From assembly GCF_006345805.1 (NCBI RefSeq), contig NC_042997.1, positions 75,950,001 through 76,014,000 of the forward strand: a stretch of 64,000 nt of DNA, written 5' to 3'. Positions within the stretch are counted from its first letter, which is position 1, and each line of letters starts with the position of its first letter. The position numbers and the translations under genes were made by a program. The notes beneath the pieces are model-generated. The model had not been told where the DNA came from. It saw nothing but the letters and a program-made list of their open reading frames with translations, and did not search any database. This DNA comes from Octopus sinensis. Taxonomy: Eukaryota. Below are positions 13,401-25,482 of the stretch, one piece after another.

Positions 13401-14361
13401 ATGTGTAACGTCAGTGTTCATAATCGACAGAGTGTAAGTACCTTGAGAGAAAAATTGAACCTAAGAAGCATCAGTTGTTGTGTGCAAGAGAGACGTTTGT
13501 GCTGGTATTGTCATGTGATGAGAATGGCTGAAGATAGTTGTGTGCGAAAGTGCCACACCCTGGCAGTTGAGGGGACCTGTGGAAGAGATAGACCCAGGAA
13601 AACCTGGGTCGAGGTGGTGAAGCACGACCTTCGAACTTTAGGTCTCACCAAGGAAATGACCAGAGAGAACAATCAAAATCAAACCAAATCAATACATATA
13701 TCAGAAAGCAGAACCAAATTGAGGTCGATCAACATCAGAACTCCCGTGTAGGTGACACGTAAAAGCACCATCCGTTCGTGGCCGTTTGCCAACCCTGTCT
13801 GGCCCCCGTGTCGGTGGCATGTAAAAGCACCATCCGTTCGTGTCCGTTGCCCGCCTCGCCTGGCCCCCGTGCCGGTGACACGTAAAAGCACCATCCGTTT
13901 CGTGGCTGTTTGCCAGCTCTGTCTGGCCCCCATGTTGGTGGCACGTAAAAGCACCATCCATTCGTGTCCGTTGCCAGCCTCGCCTGGCCCCCGTGCCGGT
14001 GACACGTAAAAGCACCATCCGTTTCATGGCCGTTTGCCAGCTCTGTCTGGCCCCCGTGTTGGTGGCACGTAAAAGCACCATCCGTTCGTGTCCGTTGCCA
14101 GCCTCGCCTGGCCCTCGTGCCGGTGACACGTAAAAGCACCATCCGTTCGTAGCCGTTTGCTAGCTCTGTCTGGCACCTGTGCGGGTGGCACGTAAAAAGC
14201 AGCCACTACACTCACGGAGTGGTTGGCATTAGGAAGGGCATCCAGCTGTAGAAACACTGCCAGATCTGACTGGGCCTGATGAAGCCTTCCAGCTTCACAG
14301 ACCCCAGTTGAACCGTCCAACCCATGCTAGCATGGAGAACGGACGCTAAATGATGATGATG
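10418..14361 (+). mobile_element. RTE-clade LINE copy 1 (near full length, disrupted ORF)
   Basis: ORF pieces at 10613-13751 give the APE endonuclease (LRVGTLNVGTL, AYAP, GDFNGH, IDYIL), RT (QFGF, AFDRVP, QGSVLSP, YADD) and a Cys/His finger. The 3'UTR carries repeats and a (GAT)n tail. Confidence 0.95.
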
Positions 14362-14747
14362 ATTACCATAGAAAATCAGTCCTCAGCTAATATTTAATTG
14401 AGGTATGCAACAAAATTTTGATATAGAAGAATTGTGCACATCACTAGATTATCAGTTGAATTTAATGCACAGAACAGGTGTACCATAAAGGTAAAATAAA
14501 CTGAAATATTAGAATTTGTTTTTGAAGAAAACTAGAAAATTAAATACAACTGAATGAAATATACTCACACACATACATGAATACACAGGAACATATATAA
14601 TAAAGATTTACAATAGAAATTAAATTAAAACTTGTCACTCACCTTACAGGCAAATTAAAATTACAGGTAAATTAAAATAAAAAGTTAAAACTAAGTAAAT
14701 TTGAAAAATATTTATACAATTTAATTATACATATATACAAACAATAT

Positions 14748-16407
14748 TTACACTATATTTCTATCATGGAAAGTTGTAAAGCATCCCACTCTACATACTG
14801 CAACCTTGCAGAATGCACATTGGAAGGACGTTTCAACTGGCCGTCCACTGGGAGTTTTTCTTTTTTGATATAGACATTCACGGCACTGCCTTTTGCGACC
14901 CCCGATTTTTTCTAATTTATGTAGATCAGCTGAACTCAGAGGAATATCTCTCTGGCAGGCTTTGCTTTTCCTTCCTGCATTTATTTTTTTTGAGGAATAT
15001 CCTGCCTTCAACTTAATTGCTACATCTGCCCAGAACTGCAGATGGTTGCACCGCTTGCGAACCCCTCCTGATTTGGTATATAATATAAATGCATTTACAA
15101 TGCTCATGTTTATTATATACTAAACCAGGTATCGCCACCATTTATTACCCGGTCTACCAACCGGATAATAACTCATCATCTGGTTCAGCCGATCCACACC
15201 GCCCATGTACTTGTTATAATCAAGGTTCACAAACGGAGTGCCATGGTTGTGCACTGGTAGATAGAAAATTTATCTGCCTCTTATCTCTGCATGCGGTCGC
15301 TAGCAGATTTCCTTTCTGCCGTTGGATTATTTCACCTATTTTTTTAAATTTTGCTTTTTTTATATCCAACGGCAGCCCTTTTCTACTAGCAATTACTGTA
15401 GAACACGTATACGTTGCCACAGCTTCTAAATCCTCCGCAAGTTTGACCGAACTGAAAAATCGGTCAAAAAATAATATATGGAAGTGATAAATTCCAGACC
15501 ACATCGTACCCTAGGCCATGCTGACTTATATAATTGTCTCTTTTACCTGTATAGAAGTTAAATCCACAGCAGTACCCAGTATTTGCTTCACATATCTTCC
15601 AAACTTTGATCCCCCATTTTGTGGGCTTTCCTGGCATATACTGCCGAAAACATACTCGGCCTTTATAGCCCACCATACCCTCATCGACGGATAAATACCT
15701 TCCAGGGTTGTAAAATTTTTTGTAGGCATTTTGAACACCGTCAATGAGGGGTCTTATTTTAAATAAGGGATCAAAGTTTGGTTCTCCACGTATGGGGGTA
15801 CTGCTAGTGTCTCTCACATGTAAATACTGGCTCAGTTTTACAAATCGTATTCAGGTCATAATACTGGAAACACAATGATCCCCAAAAAGTTCCTGATTGC
15901 TCCAGTAATTCGTTATTCTGGGCAATTGCCTTATGCCCATAATAATATTTATGGCAAAAAATGCCCGCATTTCTTCTACAGTTGTTGGGTACCACAAGCT
16001 ATCTTTTTTTCGAGCTTGTTTACTTTCTGCGTAACGGTTTGTCTCCACAGTTATAGCTTCAAACAAGCATACAGGAAAAAATTTTTAAAAAAGTCTATTG
16101 GTCTCGCTTCCTGAGAAAGACTATGGGTAGACCCTGTCTCCTCAGAAAAATCGTTAATCGACACTTTTTTAAAATTGTTACTCCATTCTGGTGTAAATTT
16201 ATCCTTGTTTGTGTTGCTGCTTTCACTTTCTGATGAATCGCTTTCAGTCTCTGATAAATCACTTTCGGATACTGAAATATCCGATTCAAATTCATCCACC
16301 ACGTGCTTTCCTGCTTCATACGTTCTTCTCCTCGAAATCTCCATATCTTCTCTTGAAAAACCTTCAAATTCGGAGTCACTGCTTGATAGCATAAAACTGC
16401 TCTCCAT
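14748..16407 (-). pseudogene. piggyBac (PGBD4-like) DDD transposase, frameshifted
   Basis: Consecutive ORF pieces give MESSFMLSSSDSEFE, FDPLFKIRPLID, LSVDEGMVGYKGR, PGKPTKWGIKVW, FFDRFFSS, YMGGVDRLNQ and a C-terminal cysteine-rich domain CRECL...CAFCKVAVCRVGCFTTFH. Several frameshifts. Confidence 0.9.
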
Positions 16408-18732
16408 TTTGAAAGTGGAAAAAAATTTCCGTTGATAAAAATTTGGAAAAAAAATCTCCAAAAATTCGCAGAATTCAAATATCACGCCAAACAATGTCGG
16501 ATACAATAACTCAACTGTTAGCAAAGTGAAATCACGTGTTTTAACGAGCGTACCAACGAGATTTGGGTTCAAATTTACATTTAAATAACAATAGCTTCTC
16601 ACGGCCGGGTATGTCCGGCTTAGTAACATAAACCAAAAAATTTTGCGGCCAGGTATGGCCGGGTTAGTAACGAAAGGGTTAAACATCACCATAGAAAATG
16701 AATCATCAGCTAATATTCAAATGGGTATGCATCAAAATTTTGATAAAGAAGAATTGTGCACATCACTATATCATCAGTTGAATTTAATGCACAACACGTG
16801 TACCATAAAGGTGGAATAAAGTGAAATACTGGAATCCACCGCAAGTTTGACCGAACTAAAGAAATCGGTAAAAAAATAATATACGGCCCTGGTTATGGTA
16901 TGGAAGTGATAAATTCCAGACCACATCTTTCCCTAGGCCATGCTGACTAACATTATTTACCCTGTATAAAAACTAAATCCACGCATTTAAACCCCCATTT
17001 TGTGTTTGCTTATATTCTGCGTAAGTTTGTTTCCGCATTGATAGCTTCAAACAATAACTTCCAGACCATATCATACCCTAAGCCATGCTGACTAACATTA
17101 GTTTCCCTGTATAAAAACTAAATCCACAACAGTACCCAGTATTTGCTTCACAAATTTTCCAAACTTTGAACCCCCATTTTGTGTTTGTTTACAATCTGCG
17201 TAAATTTGTTTTCGAAGTGATCACTTCAAACTAGCATACTGAAAAAAATAAAAGTCTAATGGTTTCACTTCCTAAGAAAGGCTATAGATAAACTTTATCT
17301 CCTCAGAAAAATTGCTAATAAAAACATTTAAAAATTTTTTTACTTCATTCCGATGTAAAATCGCCGATTTGTTTCTTCGGAATCGCTTTCATTTTCAGAT
17401 AAAAAAAATCCTATTCATTATTTTGTACAACACGTGCTTCTGTACCTATTTCATTCTTTTTCTCGGTATCTCCCTATTTTCTGTTGAAAAAGTTTTAAAT
17501 TCGGAATCAATGCTTGATAACATGAAACTCCTATCTATTTTCAAAGTTGAAGAAAAATCGATGCCGAAAAAAATGTGGAAAAAAATCTCCCAAAATTCAG
17601 GGAATTAAAGTTACATGTCAATCGTTGTACAAAACTGTAGATGAACTGCTTACGAAGTATAATCACGTGTTTTCACGAATGTACTAAAGAGATTTGCTCT
17701 GATAGTCTCATTTAAATATGAATAGGTAAATACGGGCAGCTTTGGGCGGTTTGGTCACATTAACCAAAATTTTTTTCAGGCGGTTTTGGGTGGTTTGGTA
17801 ACGAAAGGGTTAAAAGAGGTACCTGTCATATATTGGTTCAATGTATTTTAGTGTATTTTTTGTCAATCTTTGACACTGGTCATGCCACCCACAGCATACA
17901 CTATACAATTACACATTTCTTTTTTCATATGCAGTGAAGGATATAGGCTGTGATGTGAAATTTCTTCTACAAACAAAATTTTCTTAAGGATGCTGAGTCT
18001 GTTTTTGAGTTGAAGAATATATGTAATAAATTCTTATTTTATTGATCCTAGTGCACAATGAGATTCATTGTAAAATTAAAGCCCAACATTCTTATTTTTT
18101 CATTTTTATTGCTTAGTAAGGTGGAAGTTTTTACCTAAGACACTTTGTAGGACTTCTAAAACTGATAAGAGGAAGGAAGGTATTCTCAAACAGAAGAAAT
18201 GGCCCAAATGCTTGCAACAAAGTAGACTCTGCAAAAGACATCCAAAGACCAAATAGTAGTGCTGAGTTAAATTGAGTGATGAATTAAGTCTATCTCTAGG
18301 CCAAGGCAGGATTGGAATTTGGAACACCAGGAGCTGCATCATGTATCCTGTCCAATGTTCTAACTTTACTGTCAGTCCACAAGCCCTAAGACTAATCCTG
18401 ACCCCAGAATGATGAAAAACAGTAGATTTAAAGTTAAAACACAAAATGCCTAAATAATAATAAATATGATGCTCAAATAACTCTGTCAATTCACTGTTCA
18501 TACTATTGATATTAAGTGTAGTTGTTATTATCATCAAATTATATTGCATTGTTTAACTGAAACTTATCTTGGAAATGTCTATTTTATTTACAAGGAGCTA
18601 ACTGCATGATACTTTTTATTTAAGTAGCAAAAATAATAATTTATAGGACACCAAACAGACATCCACATACACAATACTGAGAATACAATCAATTAACTTA
18701 TTAAAAGTGCAATAAAAAATATTTATAAATAC

Positions 18733-18917
18733 TTTTTGGGTTTGGGACTGACTTTTTCAACCATATCCTTCAACTGTTCTCTTACTGAATGAGCATAGTT
18801 TGGTTCACCATGGTAAATGTGTCTGATATTGGGGCAAGTCTCTCTTTCAATGTGCTCAATAGATATCTTTCTCCTTTGGCTAGAGTTATTCATTTTATGG
18901 TAAGCTTCCAGTCGAAT
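18733..18917 (-). CDS. EDEM3: EDEM3-like exon (region after the mannosidase domain)
   Basis: Acceptor TTTCTTTACATAAAAAG|ATT and donor AA|GTATTT. Translation IRLEAY...ETCPNIRHIYHGEPNYAHSVREQLKDMVEKVSPKPK resembles recalled human EDEM3 WTCPNTQILF...YAQSIREPLKNVVDKSCP. The phase-0 start matches the phase-0 end of the 42600 exon. Confidence 0.8.
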
Positions 18918-19853
18918 CTTTTTATGTAAAGAAAAGAAAATATTTTTCAGTAAGTTAAACAAGATTATACATAGAGACTTCAGGTAGGTCAGTTTAAAAT
19001 TTTCATATTTTAAACAAAAAGTGCATTTTAGGATATTGTTTTAAAAGCTATGCAAGTGAAGGAATTCTGTTGAAACAAAAAATTTTACTTTACACCCAAA
19101 GAAAATGATACTGTTAAGGAAGAGGTGGTTGAAACCCCCTGAAATCACAAGAGAAATATTAAGCTGAACACAAATAAGATCATTCTAAAGTATGTCCTAA
19201 ATGAACCAACAAATACTATTAACATACAATAGCCAGTAAAACATATATTCTAAAAGAGATATATCACAATCAACAAGGCACAAGAAAAAACAAAGTACAA
19301 TGAAAGTGAAGTATCAACCTCCAGTGCACAACATTTTTCTTACTGCTCTTTAATGGTGGTGTTACATTCAGAGTATCTGATTCTAAATGATATATCACAA
19401 TCAAAAAGTGATAAAATTAATGAAAAAAAAAAAAAGGTATGTTCAGATGATTTTTTTCCCAAATTATAGTGTGGCTTACAATGTGTTGCTTACCCATGCT
19501 TTTTAATTGAATTGAATTAAGCTTTGTAAGTGTTTGACTAAAATAGGATTAGAAGCCTAAGAATGGTGAAATTAAGAAATCAACTTGTAAATAAATGAAA
19601 CTCTTGATTCTATTACTGTACACACACACAATCACAGTCGCATATCTATGTATGCATGGATGTATGTACCCACACATGTCTACACACATAGGTACACATG
19701 TAAATGACAGTTGATTTATATGAAAAAGAAAGTGAACAAAGTGAAATACTTATAGAAAATATTGCATAGCAACATCTTTCAAAGATGGCAGGTGAATAAA
19801 AAATACTGTAGTTCATTGTAGGATATAAATAACATGACCACTTGCTTATCAGG

Positions 19854-22800
19854 CGGAAGTCCTTATCTCATTTCGTCTTCCTTTGCTTGTCTCCCATGAA
19901 CACTTAAAGGCTTTATGCCGACACCACCCCTACTATATAAGGTAGTGATCATACAGTGCAAAACATGATAGTGTAGTGTAAGCAGGTTGAACTTAAGATC
20001 ATTGCTTTGTTTATGAATTCTGCCAAATGCGAGCTCTCTTTTCAGGTACATGACACAACTGTTCCCTGTCCCAGGGTCTCTAGGGCCCATACCTCCCACA
20101 CCCTCAGGGTTGGCACTCTCAACGTTGGCACACTGAAAGGTAGGTCTGGTGAGATTGTTGAGATGCTTGAACATAGACGTGTTGATATATGTTGCATCCA
20201 AGAAGTAAGGTGGAGAGGAGGTTCTGCTAGGTTCCTCACAGGCAAGGAACACAGGTACAAGATTATCTGGGCAGGGAACACTGACAGGTTTGGGGCGTGG
20301 GTATACTTCTCGCTGAAAAATGGGTAGATAAGGTAATTGAGGTAATCAGCGTATGTAACAGAATACTTAAGATTAGATTAGTGCTTCACCATGGGTTAGC
20401 AACCATTATATCGGCCTATACCCCTCAGCCGGGGCTACCAGATGGACAGAAAGACCGATTCTATGATACCATGCTGCAGACTACTGTGTTGATGAATGAC
20501 AGGGACCTTCTTTTTGCGGCTGGTGACTTCAATGGACATGTTGGACAACATACAGGGGGCTTCCATGGCGTGCATGGAAGCTATGGTTATGGTTCCCGCA
20601 ACGAGGAGGGAACCAGGCTGCTGGAGTTCTGCGATGCAAATGACCTCATAGTTTGCAACACTAACTTCAGGAAACCTACCAGCCACCTAGTCACCTACCG
20701 ATCGGGTCGACATACTAGCCAAATTGACTACATCCTTGCCAGGAAAAGGGAAAGATGGCTGCTTATAAATGCCAAAACCTTCCCAGGCAAAGAATGTACC
20801 CCACAACATAGACTGGTAGTTAGTGACTTTAGGATCAGGACTAAGAGAACGACCAACATGGAGAAGAAGGATCTGGAAGCTTAAAGATCCTTCAATTGGA
20901 CAGAGATTTAGGGACATATTACTTGAAACCTTTGACGAAGTAGAAGGGGATATAGCTTCACATGGGGTAGAAGACAACTGGAGGATTCTAAGGGACAACC
21001 TGCTGAGAGCCACTGACCAGATCTGTGGCTGGTGCAAAGTCCCCTCTCAACCTAAAATAACGTGGTCATGGAACAATGTTGTAGACAGAGCTATTAGAGA
21101 AAAGAGACAGATTGGAAGGACGGGAAAAATGGGGGTAGCTGGGAATTGTATCAGACTGCTAAAAGAGAAGCTAGGAGACAGGTTTATTTAGCCAGAGGGG
21201 AAGCAGATAAGAAAAAATTTGCCAATGTTCTGCGCCGTGAGGACCAAAGACTTGAGGTATTTCGCGTGTGTGAGAGAGAATCGTGATGTGGTAGGAGAAA
21301 AATGTGTTCGCATGGATGATGGTTCACTTGCGCTAAATGAGGATGCAAAGAGAGAGGTTTGGAGACGCCACTATGAAAGGTTGCCGAATAAAGAAAATGA
21401 ATGGGATAAAGAGAGTCTGCCGAATGTCGATCCAACAGAGGGAGCAGCTATCCGAGTTGACAGTTCCTTGGTAGTTAAGGCAATTAGAAGCATGAAGACA
21501 GGGAAAGCCCCAGGCCCATCAGGAATTACTGCAGAGATGCTTAAAATATCTGGTAGTGTCGGCTATAGCCTAGTCACCCGTATAGTTAACCAGGTGATAC
21601 ACGAAGGAGTCATACCCAATGACTGGTGTAGCAGCATAATAGCCAACTGCTACAAAGGTAAAGGTGATGCCCTAGAAACAAATAATTACAGAGGTATCAA
21701 GCTGTTGAATCAGGTAATGAAGGTCGTGGAGAGGGTCATAGCCCAACTAATTAGAGAGAGAGTTAGTTTAGATGAGATACAGTTTGGGTTCATGCCAGGG
21801 AAAAGCACCACTGATGCCATATTCCTGGTAAGACAGCTGCAGGAGAAATATCTAGCCAAAGATAAGCCCCTATACCTGGCTTTCATTGACATGGAGAAAG
21901 CCTTCGACAGGGGCATAGGCCGATATAATGGTTGCTAATCCCTTATCTGGTGGTCAATGAGGAAACTAGGGATAGATGAATGGTTAGTGAGAGCTGTGCA
22001 AGCCAAATACAGGGACGCTGCTAGTAAGGTGAGGGTTGGCAACGAGTACAGTGAAGAATTCCGGGTAGAGGTTGGGGTCCACCAAGGTTCAGTCCTCAGC
22101 CCCCTCCTATTTATCATAGTCCTCCAGGCAATAACGGAGGAATTCCAGACAGGATGCCTCTGGGAGCTCCTCTACGCTGATGACTTTGCTCTAATTGCTG
22201 AGTCATTATCAGAACTGGAGGAGAAGTTTCAGGTGTGGAAGCAAGGATTAGAATCGAAGGGCCTTAGAGTCAACCTAGCTAAAACCAAAGTCCTAATAAG
22301 TAGGAAGGTAGACAAGTCACAAATGCCTTCAGGTAGATGGCCTTGCTCGATCTGTAGAAAAGGCGTAGGTAGAAACTCGATAAGATGCACCAAGTGTAAG
22401 CTATGGATACATAAGAGGTGCAGCAACGTCAAGGGAAGGCTAACTAGGAAGATAGTTTTTGTATGTGGCAGATGCTCAGGAGCAATAAACACTGAAAATG
22501 CGCAGAGACCAACTTCCGCCACTTTCCAGGGAGAAAAACTAGAAATAGTTGATAGCTTCCGTTACCTAGGTGACCAAGTCAGTAGCTGGGGTGGGTGTGT
22601 TGAAAGTGTAACTGCTAGAGTAAGAATAGCCTAGGCAAAGTTCAGAGAGCTCTTACCTCTGCTAGGGACAAAAGGCCTCTCGCTCAGAGTAAAAGGCAGA
22701 CTGTATGACGCATGTGTACGAACAGCCATGCTACATGGCAGTGAAACATGGGCTGTGACTGCTGAGGATATGCGTAAGCTCGCAAGAAATGAAGCCAGTA

Positions 22801-23623
22801 TGCTCCGATGGATGTGTAATGTCAGTGTTCATACTCAACAGAGTGTAAGTACCTTGAGAGAGAAGTTGGACCTAAGAAGCATCAGTTGTGGTGTGCAAGA
22901 GAGACGTTTGCCCTGCTATGGTCATGTGGCGAGAATGGCTGAAGATAGTGTGAAAAAGTGCCACACCCTAGCGGTTGAGGGAACCTGTGGAAGAGGCAGA
23001 CCCAGGAAAACCTGGGATGAGGTGGTGAAGCACGACCTTCGAACTTTAGGTCTCACCGAAGAAATGACTAGAGACCAAGACCTTTGGAAGTATGCTGTGC
23101 GTGAGAAGACCCGGCAGGACAAGTCCACCTATGCATACCTTTCCTTCTTGGGACACAAAACCCTACTTGTGAAGACCTGTTGAGGCAAGTGAAATCAAAA
23201 GCTAAATCGATCAACATCAATGGAAATTGTAGCTGTGATACCAGTGCCGGTGGCACATAAGAGAACCATCCGAACGTGGCCGTGCCAGCGACGCCCCAAC
23301 TGGCTTCTGTGCCGGTGGCAGGTAAAAAGCACCATCCGATTATGTGGCCGTTGCAAGCCTCGCGTGGCCTCTATACTGGTGGCACGTAAAAAGCACCATC
23401 CGACCGTGGCCATTTGCCAGCCTCGTCAGGCACCTGTGCCGGTGTCACGTAAAAAGCACCCACTACACTCATGGAGTGGTTGGCGTTAGGAAGGGCATCC
23501 AGCCATAGAAACATTGCCAGATCAGACTGGGCCTGGTACAGCCTTCTGGCTTCCCAGACCCCAGTTGCACCGTCCAACCCATGCCAGCATGGAAAGCGGA
23601 TGCTAAACGATGATGATGATGAT
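19854..23623 (+). mobile_element. RTE-clade LINE copy 2 (slightly 5'-truncated, disrupted ORF)
   Basis: ORF pieces at 20007-23183 show EN, RT (YADD), the Cys/His finger and the C-terminus. It has 3'UTR repeats and a (GAT)n tail. Its start matches copy 3 at cggaagtccttatctc. Confidence 0.95.
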
Positions 23624-23969
23624 TATTTAAAAAAGATTTTTCTTTTTCTTTTTTTTTTTTTAAGTATCACCATTATAGGTATTTATACTCTGGTGAAATT
23701 AAGAAATCAACATGTAAATAAACAAAATCCTCAAATCCATCACTGTATACACACACACACACACACAAACATATACACAGTCATGCATGCACACAACGCT
23801 GCATATCTATGTATGTATTTATGTATGTTTGAAGATAATCATACCAAATTTTCATCATTTCAATCCACTCACCCAATGAGCATTTCTGCCAAATTTGGTG
23901 AAAATCCGTTCACCCATTTTCCACTAATTTTGTAAACATACACACACAGAGTGTGCATTAATTTAAAAT

Positions 23970-25270
23970 ATAATTTTAAGGAAAACAAAATATTTATTAG
24001 AAAGACCTACATATTTTTTTATAGAATTTGGTACACATATTCTTACATACATATAGCAAAAGGCTGTTAATAAAATGACCATCAGCTTCAATTACTGCCT
24101 CAATACAGATGATCTTTATTCCCTAATAGCAGATATCAGTGAGTCATCGATATTGTGGGCATGCTTGATGGTCTCCCTCTCAATGATGCCACAGACATAG
24201 TAGTTCAAGGGGTTTAAATTAGGAGAGTCTTGCTTGATGAGGCTGGGGTCATTCCAAGTTAAGCAGTCCTAAGTTAGTGGTCATCATGCGTAGAGCCAAC
24301 CAGGTCCACCAGTGTTCTCTATTGCTGGTGGTCCTGTGCCAGCCCCTATGCATTCTCCAAGGTAATGTTGATCCTTTAGAAATCTTCCCCAATCATGTCC
24401 AGCTATCTGGAATAGGCTCCTTCCAGCCTGCAGCTGCTGCATTGGATACAAGTAAAGCCCTGGTAGTATGATTTAGTGGGAGATGGAGAACATATTCATA
24501 CCAGTGCATGGGGTGGATAGTGATGAGTTGGGAGGCTGTGGGCTGATGAGTACTCAGGGCTCTGCTATAGAAGCTATCAATCCTCTTTGCCAGGGTCTTT
24601 GAAGGGGAGCTCCATTTCTACTCCATAGAGAATGAAGAGGATATGTTGTAGATGCAGAGCTTTGTCTTCTGGGAGATCGAGCAGTGGCTCAAGAGGGGCT
24701 CCCATAGGGAGTACATGATCCCAGAGACCAGACCACATCTGCAGTTGATCTCCAGGGTCAGGTCTCCATTGTTGGTGGCTGTGGAGCTGACAAACTCTAC
24801 AACGTCAGGGCCAATATGGAGATGGGGATGATCCAGGCCATCTCTGATATGATACAACTTGGTCTTCTCCCAACTCACCTGAAGGCCAAGCTTTGCTGAT
24901 TCTTCTCTGTAAATGGTTAGTGTAACCCTGCAGAATAGAGTTGTATCATCCATGTACTTCAGGTCAGTAAAGTGGTAGTTCCTGACAAAGTCATCATCAC
25001 AGAAACTACCTAGTGTAACATAATTGTGAAAATTTTTGACCATCTACTCCTGCGTCATGCAGGTTGTGTGAGAGGGAGTCTTGCTGGAATATGTACAGCT
25101 TCCCCTGAGCAACTCTCTCAATACAGGGCGTGACAACTGTTTTCATTGTTTTGATGTAGCCTGTTACATTGACCACAAGACCTTGTAGAGAAAAAGTGAA
25201 GAGGCATGACAAAACTCATTACTCAACAGCCCTCAAGACCATAACACACAAAGGGAACTTGGTGTGCATA
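23970..25270 (-). mobile_element. Tc1/mariner-superfamily (DD37D-like) transposase remnant split by an RTE fragment
   Basis: QGLVVNVTGYIKTMKTVVTPCIERVAQGKLYIFQQDS at 25070-25200 continues as SPNLNPLNYYVCGIIERET at 24160-24226. Confidence 0.6.
24227..25005 (-). mobile_element. 3' fragment of a second RTE family
   Basis: Translations YMDDTTLF, EESAKLGLQVSWEKTKL and ISQKTKLCIYN, an RTE-type C-terminus, and a short (CAAG)n-like tail at ~24227-24237. Confidence 0.65.
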
Positions 25271-25407
25271 ATAATAATAACTAGCAGCATAACCCAGCCT
25301 TGCCCGGGATTAAGTTATGATTATTAAGCTAATCAAGTTCTTTATTTCAAACCAAACTAAGTAATATAGACGTCAAATTTGGGCGAAATCCATTGAAATT
25401 AGTTATA

Positions 25408-25473
<66 letters not shown>

Positions 25474-25482
25474 ATAATATAA

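Larger units (their letters stand above)
5883..16678 (-). mobile_element. Inner full-length piggyBac transposon, interrupted by an 8.2-kb insertion
   Basis: TIRs CCCTTTCGTTACTA...TAGTAACGAAAGGG with TTAA at 5879-82 and 16679-82. Contains a transposase pseudogene. Its 3' region is interrupted between 6150 and 14362. Confidence 0.85.
5589..17809 (-). mobile_element. Outer non-autonomous piggyBac (about 1.4 kb of own sequence), split by an inner piggyBac
   Basis: Left end TTAA(5585-88)-CCCTTTCGTTAC and right end GTAACGAAAGGG-TTAA(17810-13). 5589-5878 and 16683-17809 join seamlessly across one TTAA when compared with the reverse complement of the uninterrupted copy at 28364-28693. Deleted transposase remnants lie at 16840-17560. 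Confidence 0.75.

Noticed and set aside
13679-14320. Stacked overlapping ORFs (also 6486-6904 and 38874-39397)
   Set aside because: These are artefacts of the GC-rich ~62-bp 3'UTR repeats.
18106-18549. 147-aa minus-strand ORF as the next EDEM3 exon
   Set aside because: The obvious acceptor (18450) gives the wrong phase. An alternative acceptor gives only a weak LRA...EH resemblance and lacks the conserved LKKMG/DGRVQL motifs. It remains unexplained, and RNA-seq would settle it.
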